A DNA stretch of 64,000 bases from Tubulanus polymorphus. Lineage: Eukaryota > Animalia > Nemertea. The stretch covers positions 23,044,299 to 23,108,298 of the forward strand of contig NC_134025.1 of NCBI RefSeq assembly GCF_964204645.1. Direction: 5' to 3'. The first letter of the stretch is position 1. Each line of letters starts with the position of its first letter. Below the pieces are notes generated by a model. The model was not told the origin of the DNA. It saw only the letters and a list, made by a program, of their open reading frames with translations, and ran no database searches. The position numbers and the translations under genes were made by a program. Positions 23,401 to 38,400 of this stretch are shown here, piece by piece.

Positions 23401-26400
23401 TATGTCCATGGTCACACATAAACACCTTCCAAGTAAATCCCAAAATGGCCTCAAAGGCTATGGGTACATAAAACAATTTGAGATATTTGAAGAATAAATC
23501 AAATGTTCGTGTAAACAGAACTTGGTAATTTATGCACAGTTTTGTTTGACGCAAAATCTTGGAAACCTATTAATATGGCGATATAGCCAAAATCAATGCT
23601 TGAGATATCAGAATTTGGCATACACAAATAGAAATGTTTTAAAAAGAAATTTGTTCAATTAAGGTGTAGTAAATAACAAAACATCTTTAAGAACCACAGC
23701 CATAAGATCAAGGCATTGGTTTTTGAGAAATAGTGGTATGAAAATACATACTGATAATCAGAGATATCATATTATCATATTGATTTTACGGAATCAACAT
23801 TTCAGCAAATATATTCAATCTCGAGCAAGTTCCTTCCCCCCCCCCCCCGCATATGCTAAGCTTAAACAGATGATGACTTTGCCGTTGTCGAGTCTATACA
23901 GTACGGCGACCACCCAATCTGCATCAAATTCAGTCAATACAATCATTTGGTTAGTCAGACATGGGACTCATCTGATTCGCATTAGCGCGAGACCTCCGAG
24001 GATTTATGAACGTCCATGATTGTCAGTATTTCAAACCAAACTTCCTATGTACGTCGAAAACCACTTATAACGTACTTATAACGATTTATAAAAGCAAATA
24101 AGAAGGAAGCAATTTTCTCTCAAATGCAATATTTCACTTTTTCAATACATCATTTGGAAGGTCTTTGTCGCATTACTAGTTTTTTTGTAATCATATTGTC
24201 ACGTTAAAGCTGTATAAGAAAGGATCAGACATGTCAGGTAACTTAAACTTTCTCCATTCTTAACCCCGATTTGTATTTCCAATTCACTAAACTAAGTGAC
24301 AATCTTCATTTAGATATGTCGTCAACATAACGATGGTCTCAACTCAAGACGCATAGTTAACCAGTATACTTCGAGTCGAGTCACATCGAAACGTCTATGC
24401 AACACACAACTTTTGGGAGCAGTAATACATGACGAACATCTTATATTCAACGAATTGGTCTCATCACCGAGGTCTCCAAACACACGCGATAAAGCCTACC
24501 TTTTATTTCATTTGCGAATAAATCCAAACTGTTCGTTTGTCACGGCGCAGACGACGAGAGAGAAGCTTATTGATCGGCGGAGCGGGTCATTCCTGATGAT
24601 GTACTACACCCTGTCACAAATACATTGCCGGGCGATGCAACTACCTCCAGCATCCTTTGTTACCATGGCAACAAGCGAGCGAACCAACGCGCACTGCGCT
24701 GGGCGGCTGCGATGGAATATTAATAGCATTTCACATTGAAAATCATAGATTGAAGGGAGAAAATGGGTAGCCCTGATAGCTGTACCCATTTCCTCATCAC
24801 AGGAACATATGTCTTTGTATCTAAATTGCGTAATTGTCTAGCCCGAAGATAATCATCTTTCTAATCATGGAGAAATCAGATAAGTATTGTATAATAGGGT
24901 GAATAAAGAGCCCGGTCATTTAATTAACCTGTATACATAGATATCTACCAACGAAGGGAGAAACAAAAATAGCTCGTACTGTAATTTTGTAATTTCATCA
25001 TATATGAAATGGACCGCGAATCTCAAGAATGGCATAAGAAATTATCCTTTGCTTCCCTTCTTCAAAGATACAGGATTGCCTACAGGATTATGCGGGGCAT
25101 TATAGGGGTTGTAAAACTATCCAAGCTCCAGCCCTAAATCCACCCTTAAGTAAACTTAAAATTTGAAAAATTCTAAAAGCTTCTAAAAAAAAATTTGGAA
25201 TGGCCAAATATGGCAATCTATATAAAAAGGAATTTTTCGTAAATATGAAGAGATAATCTAAGCTAATGCAATGACCACTGGCACTGTTAGTGCAGACGCA
25301 CACAAATATGCGTTTTATGTAACTATTCCGGGAATATCGATAACGAAGTCCCTTAAAGCCGTACAAAGTGTTCCGTCAGGAAATACCGGTACATGCCGAT
25401 TGTGGCCGAGCACTTAGGTGGATAACGTCGGGAAAAAGTCGTCTCGTCTTACGGGAGCTTCGTCGTCGATTGCAAAATAACCATGACTATTTACCCCCTA
25501 CTCGGCGCATCGAGTAGCCGGTAAATAGGGCGAAGTAGGGAAATTAACTTGTCGCCACTTATCAAACATCGCCCAAGACAGCTCTTGACATTCAAGAACT
25601 AATCATCTGTCATGAAAACCGCGCTCGGCGTCGTGACAAGACGAGGAATATTCGAGAATAGTCATAATCTAGCGTCAAATCTACATTTTAGTCTTGTGTT
25701 ACGGATTCTTGAATTGTTCCGATACCTACAGGTGGACTATCAAACCTTGATAGCCAGTTTTAGATACTAGTTTAAGCTAAACTTCAGGCTTCAACTGTCT
25801 ATTGAGAAAATGCTACACTGTAACTGTAGCGATGACAAATTTTCGACAGTTCAGGTCAATTAGGTCAGTCATTTTAGTACATATACATGTTTAGTAATAG
25901 CATTGACTCTTCATTTTAGAGTCCATGGTCATAGTCCACAACCATGCAGCGCTACCAGGTATGTTAAGGTCACCATTAGTTCCGAGATGAGATTGTTGAT
26001 CGAAAAACAAAATGGCAGCTTTTTCAATCGCAGGAAATTAGGGTTTGAGGGCCCTTGTCCATTAACTATACATCTAATTAAGGCAGAAACACTGCACTGT
26101 TGCAAAGGCAGCGGGAAGCTTGTATCTAATTATAATCATGCGTATGATAAGAGAATTAGTGAAGTACTAGCGTGCGGAATTCCTTCCAAGTCGACTCAAA
26201 AACGATCAAGGGAAAATCTGTCAACCACCGAGACTGGGATTGAGCCACAAACCTCTCGCTTGCCAGGCAATTGCTCTACAAGTTGAGCCTAAGGTTAGGG
26301 TATAAAGGTCCAGATATCACCATAAAGCTTTAAGACATTACTTGAGAAACTCTAATGAGCAAACAGAACCTGTGTACGTAGATACCGGGTATACTGAAAT

Positions 26401-29400
26401 ATTTTCTAATGAAATTTTTGTTATTTCCAATCACCGATATTCCCCTCAAGTGACAGGCCACCGTATTATTATCTGCCGTATTGCTTGAGGGAAATTAATC
26501 GCTGATCAGAATTTCGGCTTCAATGAACATTCGTGGCTGAAGTCGATGCTTTGATCAGCGGTTATAGCAGTATTACCGAGTGCGTACCCATATAACACAT
26601 AGAGAGACAATTCAATCAAAGATGGATTCCACGATGAACTATTGATACGAACTATTTTCAAAATCCTGCCAAAATGCAGATTCACAAAAAGAGATGTCTA
26701 ATCTTCATCTGAGTATCAATTATTTACTGAGAAACAGACTATTTACATCATAATCGACAAGCAATACATCTCTGATGTCCAATGATATGATGACAACAAA
26801 ATAATATACTAAATACTAAATACGATTGTCATTGTCACGAAATTTATATAGCACATGCTCTGGCTTACGTACGTAATTCGGAGGGAATTGGGAAACAGAT
26901 CAGAAATACGAAGGTCTACCGATAATAGTAGTTTTATTTTGACGAGTGGGATCGTTTAGAAGTGAAAGTCAACCGAGGAAATTCTAGAAATGGACATTAA
27001 ATTGGTAACCATCAAGGTGTCTCTTTACAGATTGGATTGGCATGCAGTTTACAGAAATGTAACGCTATTATTAGGGGCAAAATATGAAGGCATCGGAGCT
27101 CGCAGCAGAACCATAATACGAAACAACAAAACTTTTCATCAAATGGAACATAGAAAAAAAAATTAACACAAAGCTTCGAATTAATGTTGATAGCAAATAT
27201 AACAATATTAATAGTTAGTAAGCTACGGAAGTGATAAGAGCCTCCAGTTGTCGCGTTCCAGCTCAACAAGTTGCCATATTTATATTGACAAATCACGATA
27301 AGTCGACATGAATATGTCGACATATCGTGATGTTTAATGTCTATTTCAACCTGACTTGAGAGCATACCGGGTGGCTCGCTCATTTTTGGTAGTACATACC
27401 TGATAAAGGTCTTAGTAGGACCAGAAAGGACTGGCAGTAGACCTAAATCATCATTTCAATAAAGACCTTTTGGATATCCTTCAATACAGTTTCAAATGGA
27501 TTAAAAAAATGATGATTTAGGTCGACTGCCTGTCCTTTCTGGTCCTACTAAGACCTTTATCAGGTATGTACTGCCAAAAATGAGCGAGCTAGGCCACCCG
27601 GAATGCTCTCAAGTCAGGTTGAAATAGACATTAGACAACATATTTTGTTTTCTCGACCATTTTCCTTGAAACTCATAATTCTGGCATCAAATCTGTCGTC
27701 AAATGACTTGTCACGTGGAAAACGGACGACAAAGCGAAATTTGTCGTCAAAATGTCACGATATGTCGCCATATTCATGTCGACTTGACGCGATATGTTGA
27801 CATAAGTATGGCGACTTGTCGAGTTGGAACGCGACAACTGGAGGCCCCTTATTGCTTCCGTAGTAAGCACAAACCATCACCGAAAAAACATGACAATGAA
27901 GAAGTTTACAGACGGGATGAAGAAAAAGAAGTGAAATGAATAAAACAAAAAGCATTAATATGATTATTATTAGTTTCGAGACGGGTGAACGATTTAGGAC
28001 GAGAAGAAACGTCGGAAAGCAAAGCCAAATACGGAGTTAGTATATTTAAACATACACCAATAACGAAATGGACTTTACCTAGCTGTCATTGGGCAGTCCA
28101 GGAGTGTGCGTCTGGACTCGTAACTGACTCTGAAGTAAACAAGAATATCATTCATTTTTACATAATAATACGATTATTCGACACAAAAACGTTGAACAGT
28201 AAACAGCATCTCGATTTCATCCAGATATTCGCCTCATAATACTCGCGAATAAACTCGTTTAAATCAGTACAATACGTGTACTAAAAAAAAAAACAACAAA
28301 AAAACACGAGATACGTTTAGATAACGGATCATCATCGGAGTTGGTCAGACGATAAAATGACAATAAGCATTCGTAATTTGTAATTCATAATCGTGATACG
28401 TTTTAGCAGCGAGCCAAAAGCGTAGGAGGATATGTATACGCATGAATTATCGGAAACGCTCAGGACTGTTCGATTATGAGTTATACATATTCAGTACATA
28501 ATTGAAATATATCAATTATTCACGTTACAGTAATGTACTTACTTGAATGAGTGGGGATTTCATAGTTATTACTTATGTGTATCAATCTAGATCACTGATT
28601 ATGTATTATTCACATTTGCGCATTGTTTTAATAAAGCCCTGAAAATTTTACTCGCATTTCAGGTAAAATTCGTAGAAATATATGAAAATTCCTTATTGAA
28701 CCAAGGAGTTAACTCGATTAAGTTAACGCCGCCGGTTTAAGTTAAAACGAGCCCGTTCTTTTTTTTGTCAGCACGAGAATTACACTAAGGCTAAACATAA
28801 TCCTATAGAAATCAGAACACTACAAACGAATCGTATATTGATACCTGATAGCTAAAAAAACGAAAACAAATGGGAAAAAATTAATAATTAACCGACAAAA
28901 AGTCAAAAAGGAAAGCGGAACAAGGAGGCAGACGCATTCATAATGCCATATATTCATCATTGATATTTGAACCTTTAAGGTCGAAAACTGCTCGTCCCTA
29001 AATGAAACTTAAGGCCAGAAAAATGTGCAGAAAAGATTCGTCAAGATTTTCCGGTTCACTTGTCCCCCAATAATGATGATAAAATTTCAAGAAAAGCAGT
29101 ACAGAAATAAGTGCTAGATGATGAGCACGTATTCCCCTTCCCCCACGATATCCTCGGAGGAAGAGCTCATGTCATTCGCCCACTCAAGGTTTTTTCCTTT
29201 TTGTCAAAACGTTATAAACTCTTTTTACCTTGCACTTAATCAACAGTATAACTGAAAAATTTTTGATCATTTCTTATACATTTTATGTTCCAGTATCGCC
29301 TCGTTCAAACCTAAGCAGTTGTACAATTCGCCTGGACCCAGTTGATGAAAAGTTTGTTGAAGAACTTAACCAGTGGATAGTTGACGGTGACCATTAAGCC

Positions 29401-32400
29401 ACGCCCACAACGCAAGAAAACTCAGAATCGAACACGTGCGATCCTGGAAACAGTGTTTCCCGAAACCATGTTTCTCACACGCACACGACACAGGGAAACA
29501 CTCGGAAACATGTTTTTGTCTCCTGTTTCCATGTTTCCCTGTGTCATGCGCGCGTCATCGTATTACGTTCAACTGACTTTTGAGCCCCTGATGTCTAAGA
29601 GAAGATAAGACTCATCACGTTTGATCTTACGCACAGCTTTCACCTGCTCGAGTATAATTCCTATATAAGCTTAGCATACGTACCTTAAAAGACAGGCCTG
29701 AATGATACGCCACGGCAGCAACGACATACATCATCGTCGTCGTCGTCGTATCTATTCTAACCATTTGAAGCCGAAGGGTAACTAACGCAGTGGATACGGC
29801 TGCGACAGCATCTACAGCCACACCGATCAATTCTGCGCGGTGCAATCGATAACAAACGCTTCTCGCAAAATTCATCAATCAATATACCCACATCTATATT
29901 TATATATATATTTACAAAGTTCACTCTCGTCGCAATCTGACAAATAAACTGACAAGAGAAGATTCTTCGCAGCTAGCGTCGAATATAGATTGCGTCTACA
30001 TCCGCGGCGCATCTGAAAACAACATCCACAAAATTACCATATTCCGTCCGTTCGTCCGTGATATATTTGATCATTCAATTCACCTTTGTAATCAAGATGG
30101 CCACCGATCAGTCACAACGCGCCATTAATCGCGCCAATAAGCATCGCGAATAATGATCGAAAAAACAATAACTACACGCCATCAATCGGATGACAAGCTA
30201 TTCTTATTGATAACATTTTTTTAGAGAGAAAAAAAATTCACCATTACGATCAATTGAGAATGGGGTACACGTACCCGCAGTGCTACTGTGGCAATCGAGG
30301 ATTCCACGTATGGCAGGCGAGGATCCACCAGGTGTCGCTAGTAGATCGTTGGTTGTCCGCGTTCAATTTCTTTCTACATTTTGATTAAATCTGAACGAAC
30401 TTTTCTCCTAAATGAATCAATTATTTATGAAAACTATATCCAAATCTGATAAGGAGGATGAAAGTATCTCATATTTTGTGAGTCCTGTGATAGTACGGTA
30501 CCTAGGCCTATATGGATTCACGAGTCTAAAAATCTAGTTCAAAGATAATCGAAAATGAACTGATGTTGACAACGAACAACCTACTGCTCGTAACGCCATC
30601 TGGCGCGATAACTGGTTTTGCAGGTACCCCATTGCGATCAACTTAATTTCAAACGTGACAAGAAGCTAGAATGAAAGTTATGAAATACTCCATCGATTTC
30701 TTTATCTACAATCACAGCGAACAGTCAGACTCAGATCTGGTCCACTTATAAGCGCATGAAGCCAAATTTCATCGATGGTATAACATGTTTTATGTTAGAG
30801 AGGTATCTTTTTTCTAAATATTGGCTAACATCTTTCCAAACTAGCTCCGACAATTCGCGATAATAATATTGAGTACCGGATTTACTTGTATATCGGATAT
30901 CAATAATCTAGTTTCGCTGTAACATTTGACCGGTTCATGTAACTGTCCTCATATTTCATATCCATACACGATAGCAAATCAGTCGCGACGAGGACACACT
31001 GTTGATGCTAGCAGAAGATCACGTGCTGAGAGGTCTCCACCGTACGTGAAATCTAACGACCCCTGATTAAACGCATTAAACTTGTTCGCCATCTATACTC
31101 AAGAGCGATTACTAGCCTGCCTGTACGTTGAAGGGACACATAACTATGACCTGAACACCCCGAACTCTTTATATACATGTCTGGTTTAGATAATAGCGCT
31201 GTGAACTTAATCTAAGATTTTTGTACCTTTGTATGAGTTTATTTAAGACTGACAGCTATAGTCTCGAATGTTTAAAAGCCGATTTTCTTACATTGTCTAT
31301 GAGTCGCCCAAAAATGACAGGGATAAAACGAACAAAAAAATTCCAAAGTTTTTCATTTCGAAGAACACGCATTTTTGCGAGGTGTACATGCGTTCGTATA
31401 CGGCCGAACTAGGATTCAATCTAGTATGGCGCATCAATCAATATTGAAAAAATCAGCCAACATGTAGAATAAAGTATCACCAACTGATGAGAATCTTTGA
31501 CCAAGATTTTGATATTCGATTCCCTACACCTCCCCGCAATATGTAATACGCTGACATTGAAAATTATTTTGAAGCGTTTCAAAACCGATAGCGCCAATTG
31601 GTACACTACCATCTCTTTTAGAAGAACATTCATCGTTTCCGATATGAATGCAACGGTTCGTTCCATTAATATCGATCAAGGTTATTCTTCAATGGCACTG
31701 CGGTTATCGAATTGATTCGGCTGTCCGCGTATAGTAGGCCTAAATACACGAGTATATGCGCGGCCACCGCGCAGTCAGTTTCGAAGAGGGCAGCAGCTTA
31801 CTAAACCAATCAGTAAAGCTATTAACTGGCATCGATTTCTCGCCGTATCAATCGGATCAATGTATCCTCGTCCAGGGCGCGATATAATGTTCTATCAGCC
31901 GGAGTATGGTAGCCTCCACAGTTCATAGTCGTTGCCTTTACACGGCAAGCATAGGACACCGCGGCGGCTTCCTGCGAGCGAAACGAACTTTGATTACTGC
32001 ACTGAATGCATCGTGCTACGAGTTAATCGCGAGAGTTTACCAGATTTTTTTTCGCCGATCGGCTGAAATTCCGTTTCAAACGGTTCGGCATTATTTTTTT
32101 CCCATAAATTATGCACGAATTCTGATTCAGCTCACTTGCACTTCGACTGCACACGTGTGCGCGGTATCAGATTTTCCGATAGTGAATTGGTCGGAAGAAA
32201 AACTTTTTCAATAATTTCTAAACACTTAGCAGGTCTCTCATAAATCATGCAGGCAATTGACTATGTACAGCACTCAGATACAATATTCCAATTTCGACAA
32301 TTATTCATTACACGGATTCTATAATGAATTAATTTGCAAAAATGAATGAATTACTTAACGATCTTTTACCCTACTAATACAAGAATGTAGTAGATAACAG

Positions 32401-35400
32401 TTACAGATAAAACCACCTCTGGGTTTTAAATTTTGAACTAATGTACAAAATCAATTTTTCACTTATACCAAATTCCATAGAGTTGAAACTGTTCTATAGC
32501 TGTATTAACACTAGCTATGTTATTTGGAATGGTCTAATTTTGGCCCGTTCCATAAGCATAGCGAGAAGTCATTTCCAAATTGGTCTATTACATTTTTTTG
32601 GACCGAAAAGAACGATCAAGGTCCATTCTAAATTTTGGAACGGACTAAATCTGCATGTGTATGGACAGAAACTACTAACGTGTAACGTACTAACTAGTAG
32701 CGTGCGCTCTCTGATTTGATCCTTCCCAAATTCGGCGCGTTCCAAACACGGACCCAGCAGTCTGATTTGGCCCATTCCAAATTTGGTACGTTCCAGGTAC
32801 AGACCCATTTAGAAAGGTCGAGCTGGTGATAATGTGAACCTGCCTTATAAACTCAGCGTAGCTCTTATAGGTTGAAATGTTGCTGGTCGAAAATTTGCTT
32901 ATATAAGGCAGCTGCAGTATAATTGTTGATTACTTGACTGCAACTGTCGCTGGGGACAAAATCACTTTATAATGTCGTAATTACGGGGGTAAGACGACAC
33001 GCGATTAGAATGCAAAGTTGAATTCTTTATACTCTTTCGCGCTCCGTTTGAGCGCGAGTACGTGAATAAATCGGAAACGGGAGACCTAATCCAAAGATCG
33101 CCGTCTTCGGCAGTTATTATGATGTATCGCGAATCAATAAGCAGTCGGTAAGACGGATATATACCGCCGACATACGAGAGCTCGATATCTACGCTACATA
33201 CACAGTGACAGCGTTCAACTCGTCGTACCGATTCCTACACGAGAGGAGGCTAGTCATCCGAATTCATAGCTCGAATTCATAGCTCGCAATATATCTCGGC
33301 TAGATAAACAGAGAATAAGGAAGACATTTTTGGGCATCGATTATTCGGAATGCTCCATCACTCTACTCGATAATAGCAGCCTTTTTCGTGCGCAGCGTCG
33401 ATATTAAAAATTCGTCTGCGCTGAAATTTTTCTACGTTTCACGTGTTTCGCATTGTGGTGTGCGCGGCTGTACGATGAGAAACGAACCGTTCCTCTCTCT
33501 CTTGGGAAAGAATGCAGTTATTCGTATATTCCAAGAATTGTAACGAAACCGAGATCTTCGCTGAAACAAGCAATTTACGTATCCCGCACATGTATGAAAC
33601 TGAACCGAAACAACGTTCCTACCGAGATGCTCAATTTAATGCCTGTCCTCTCTAGAGCAAGATAAATCGAAATCTGATTTGAACAGTATAAACCCGTAAT
33701 TAAATTTCTGCTCTTGATTTAGATTATGCGATAGAAAGTGAAAGAGCTAAATGCAACTGCCGATCAAGGCGCCCCCTAATCAATCATGAAATTGCCCTCA
33801 GTAATTGGGATGACCAATTGCTGATCGGCCCAGCGCCTGATAAGATGGTAAGATGCTTCAAACATGGAATGAATTACCGGACACTATATCTATGTCATTT
33901 TGGTACAGGTAGTACTAGAGAAATAATGAGACTTTAGCCACCATCACACGGAGGTCAAACGGGTCAAATTGGCATGGATGAGGCCCGAGTCAAATTTGGC
34001 CCGTGGCTTATTAGACAGCGTGTTCACGCATAAACCACTCACTCGATAAACAATGCAAAGTGAGTCACTTATGGAACCAATTGCAATTCACACGCAATTA
34101 TTTGACCCGTGCTAAAATTTGGCCCTGATCTAACGTTTTTGGTTTGGCCAAATTTGGCCCAGGCCAAACAGACACAGGCCCATTTGGCACCCGTGTGAAC
34201 AGTTGTTGCATGCCAAATACGCTCATGTGATCGCAGCTTTTTTCCTGCACTTAAACCAAACCAAAAATGCATCTGAACGGGATCTCGAACTCATTAACGA
34301 ATCATAACGTTTTTGATCTCAAAAGATACCACGGCGAACAAAGCAACTATCATATAACTACACATATAACCTTTAAACTGCTATTTTTAGGCTCGTTGGA
34401 TGAAACCAAATCAATATGCACCGCAGAAAGTACTGATTGATCTCGTCTGTAACGGTTTTCTGTATTGTTATGAGGCACGTATCCTCCTCGATATTGACGA
34501 AACGATTCCAAAAACAATTCTTTTACTTCCGTCCGTCGGTATGGATGGTTTTTCGTACAAACACGCAATGGAGTCAATTCTCTCCAGCACTCTACAGTTT
34601 TCCGGTTTGTTGCGTAATTAGATATGTTTAAAGTCAATCTTCGTGTCGATTTTAACCGATCCGTACGTTCATGTAAAAAATTTACTGGTTCGTAAAAAAA
34701 TAAACAGAGGAAATGACGAAAAATGAAAACACAAATCATACATATATATATGTACAGTAAACCTTGTGTAGTTGGATCTTCAGACTTAGAAAATATCCTC
34801 AGACTTAGAAAAATACCATTTCCCAATTGTAAAATCTGACTAAGGAATATAAATTTCAGAAAGGAAAAATCGGGACCATCAATATTTAAGCGATAATCCA
34901 ACTTTGGCCAATCTGACTAATGCAAGGTTAACTGTAGAAGCTATAAACGCCTTGAAGAGAAATTTGAACAAAATTATAACCACCCAATATTACGATACCT
35001 AATAATACTATACTGAGTGCCATTTTCACAACATTGATTTGTATTGAATCCAGCAAAATCGATCTACCAATCTACTGCGTATCTATTTCATGGAAAACCT
35101 ATTCCGGTATCTTAAACCGGAGTTGGCCATCTGACCTAGCTCTATAGAATGGAAAACATCGACTAGATACTCCATAAATTTTTGGATTCATGGCAAGTTC
35201 AAAGATTGAAAATGTTCATTAATACATTAGTAATCAAATCATTGGGACCACCACTGATATTTCGGGTGCGGAACTAGACGGCAGTAACACCAGAGGCACG
35301 TGCAACCATCGTGGAAGTTTTGTGCCCTTGGCCTCGCCTGGAAATTGCAGAAAAAGCGGTAAATTTCAAACTTTTATGCAGTTTGTCGAGGACTATGCCC

Positions 35401-38400
35401 TAAGTTTAACGTTTCGCTACCCGCTTCAGTTGTTGGTGGATCCGCTACTGATATTCATACGCTTGCACAGTCGAGCGAAGTGCAGTACGGTTAAATCATA
35501 TATGGTAATTAGATTATTGGTGACACGAATAAGCAATTAACGAACAATTGATGATAGCAATGCTTTTAATGAGAAACACCTTCACGGTTAATGCAGCGTG
35601 TAGTCATCAGAGAGCGAGGAGAGAGATCATCAACAACACGAGCGTAAAAAACAATATCGTACGTACAACGACGCGACGAAGCGCCGAAAATCTAGCCGCC
35701 GCTCTCTAATACTGCCACGGCGTTTAACGCGTGAACGCGCTAAACATCGAATGGGTTAGCGATTAATACTACGAGGGAATCAAGCGGGTTACGTATTAGT
35801 CAGGATAATTTTCGCGACGAAATCCCACCGCGCCCCACGAGACAAAGGTCGATTTACGAGTAGTAGATACCCACGAGACAGCTGTATGAACCGATTATAT
35901 CTATAAGCGGTTTTAAAGCCCAAAGTACACGGCAAAGAAAAACTGGATGAAAAACGTTTTCGATGTTTTTTCCTTATGTCATGTGCAGTGAAAATAAAAA
36001 AATCGAAAAACGCCGAACAGATAAAAACATTTTTTGTCCCGTGTGCGGTGGATGTTTTGTGTTTCGCAAAACATCGGCAGCCGAATAACCAATAAACGAG
36101 CATCACTGCATCACATGACATAAGACAAAAATGATGCGAATTACTGAGTTTATTGTTGCATCATGGTTTTTTCTATGTATTTTCATTCAGGGTCCCTACA
36201 GATCAATCATTACAGAATTCAAGGACTTTTCAAGAAGAAAATTCAAGAAGAAAAAATCGGGAAACGATTTAATACAGTGTGTGTATAATAATAAGACCTA
36301 AAACCTAACAATTTTCTAATTGCCAATTTCTCAAAATTCAAGGAGTTTTCAAGGACTTTTGGGTATTTTGCTCAAATTCAAGGATATTCAAGGACCTTGA
36401 AACACATTTTTGGTTTAGGAGTTTTCAAGCAATCGAGCAGTCGTAGGAACCCTGTCATTATACCGTGTGCATTACAAGTTTTATCACCTTGACTCAACCC
36501 ATTTTGTGAAAAATGTGTTTTCTTTTTGTTTCGATGAAACAAACGTTTTACTGTGTACGCCGGGGCTTTACAATACATGTACCGTATTACTCGGAGGGTA
36601 GTAGAACACTCACCTTGCAATGTTTGAGCATTGATATAAAACGGCGAAAACGGATCCTCGCTCGAATCTCGAATTTTTGGCGCACCGAATTCGGCGAAAA
36701 CGTCGTCAAAACACGACGATGACGACCGCCGCTCGTGTTGATCATTACTATCGACGTCGTCCGCTTCGTAATCGAACGTCTCCCACGAATGTAGTCTCGA
36801 CTGTTCGCCGCTGCTACCGACGCTCGATTGGGAAGACACCTTATCTCTTGGAACGAGAACCTTTTTCGGCGATGGCATAGATTTATCGACGACGTCCGTC
36901 TGTTGCGTAACGATCGCCGCCTTGCTGTGCGAGAACAAGTTTTCCTCGTTGAAATGGAACCACGCATCTTCGTTCGCCACTTTCGGAGTCTTGCGCGGAC
37001 TTTTCTGTCGCGAGTCAAACTCGTCGCCTGGTAAAACGATTTTGATTTTGTCGGTCGACGGCGATTTCTCCGGCGGTTCGTTCAGCACGTAGTCGTCCAT
37101 CGTGGCTAGATTGATCGGGGTCGTACTGCGCGGCCGGGCGACGGCTTTCGCCTCGAAGTGGTAGCGCACTTCCCGCTGCGCTTTTTCCCAATCCGGATTC
37201 CATTCGAGGTTATGATCGTCCGATTTAGAATCACTCGTCGTATTATTTTGTTCGCTGGCCGCGATGACGCTTTCGATATTGCTTAAAATATCCTCGGTAT
37301 TCGCGTCGTCGATTTCCTCGTAGATCAACTGCGTCGCTTCGCGATCCGATTCCATATCCGTACCGTAAACCTGCGCCTTCTCCATCGGTTCGCCGTGGTG
37401 AGACTTGTCGTGCTTCGAGCCGAACCAACCCAACGACATACCCGACTTTCCGGTATCCTTCTTATCAGATTTGATGAATTTATCGAAGATCGTTTTCCTT
37501 GGTGGAACTGAAGGCGGCGGCGGGTCTTCTTCTTCGGAGGGTGTCGTAATTAATGGCACGTGTTTGACGTCGGTTTTCTTGATTTTGATTTTCGACGGCA
37601 GTGGAGATTTCGACTTGAATTTCCGAGGCGGAACCGGCGGTTTCACCTCGTCGCCGTCGCTGCTATCGTCGTCGACAATTGTGACGATGGGAATTTGCTG
37701 CCTAGTACGCGTCAAGTCAATTTCCACCTGAGGAGATGCATGCTGCCTACTACTATCACAAGGAGAAGCTACAAGGGTTGTATTAGTGGATTGCCTAGAT
37801 TCGTTATTAACAGTATTAGTGTCAGATCTTATCATAACAGTTTGACCATCAACTGAAGTACCGATATCATCAGATTGTGCAACTGACTCGACAACCGGCG
37901 TATCGTCTTCATCAGTTTCTGACGATAAAGGTCCCGAACTATCCCAAATGGTAACACTATGATTAGGGCGTTCCGTCGCTACATTCCCATAGGATACCTC
38001 TACTTCAATAGGGTATGCTACGAATTCGCTAGCGAGTTTGACGGTATCGACGCTAGCGGTATCGCTAAAACTCACTTGACTGGCGCTGTCTCCGGCTTCG
38101 GATACGTCGATATTCGAGGCTTCGCAGTCATTATCCGAGTACTCAACCGATGCGGAAATATCTGAACCACCGAGCTGAGCATCGTCTACTTGACTTCGGC
38201 GCTGTCGGTCATCTTCGTTAAGCAATCCGGCTATGTTTTCGGGAATGGAATCGATATGACGACTTCTGGCGAGCGGGGGCCGTTCTCGATCAGGGCTGTG
38301 CTTCTCTTTGATATCGACGCTGCCCTGGCGACAATACTCTGTATCTTGTCGCTCGAGGAACGGCTGCTCTCGGATAGAATCCGCGCGCACTAGGAATAAA

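Noticed and set aside
24593-31500. Other CTGATGA heptamers (e.g. ~24593, ~31484) as hammerheads
   Set aside because: No stem II followed by GAAA-UH and a closing stem I.
21800-36150. A nested protein-coding gene in the long stonin intron (e.g. ORF 34350..34901)
   Set aside because: The ORFs have non-coding-like composition, no motifs and no consistent exon chain. A small gene or lncRNA cannot be excluded without RNA data.
36378-36613. C-terminal ~78 aa of the 784-aa ORF
   Set aside because: Lies past a consensus donor and runs into a MITE; intronic read-through.
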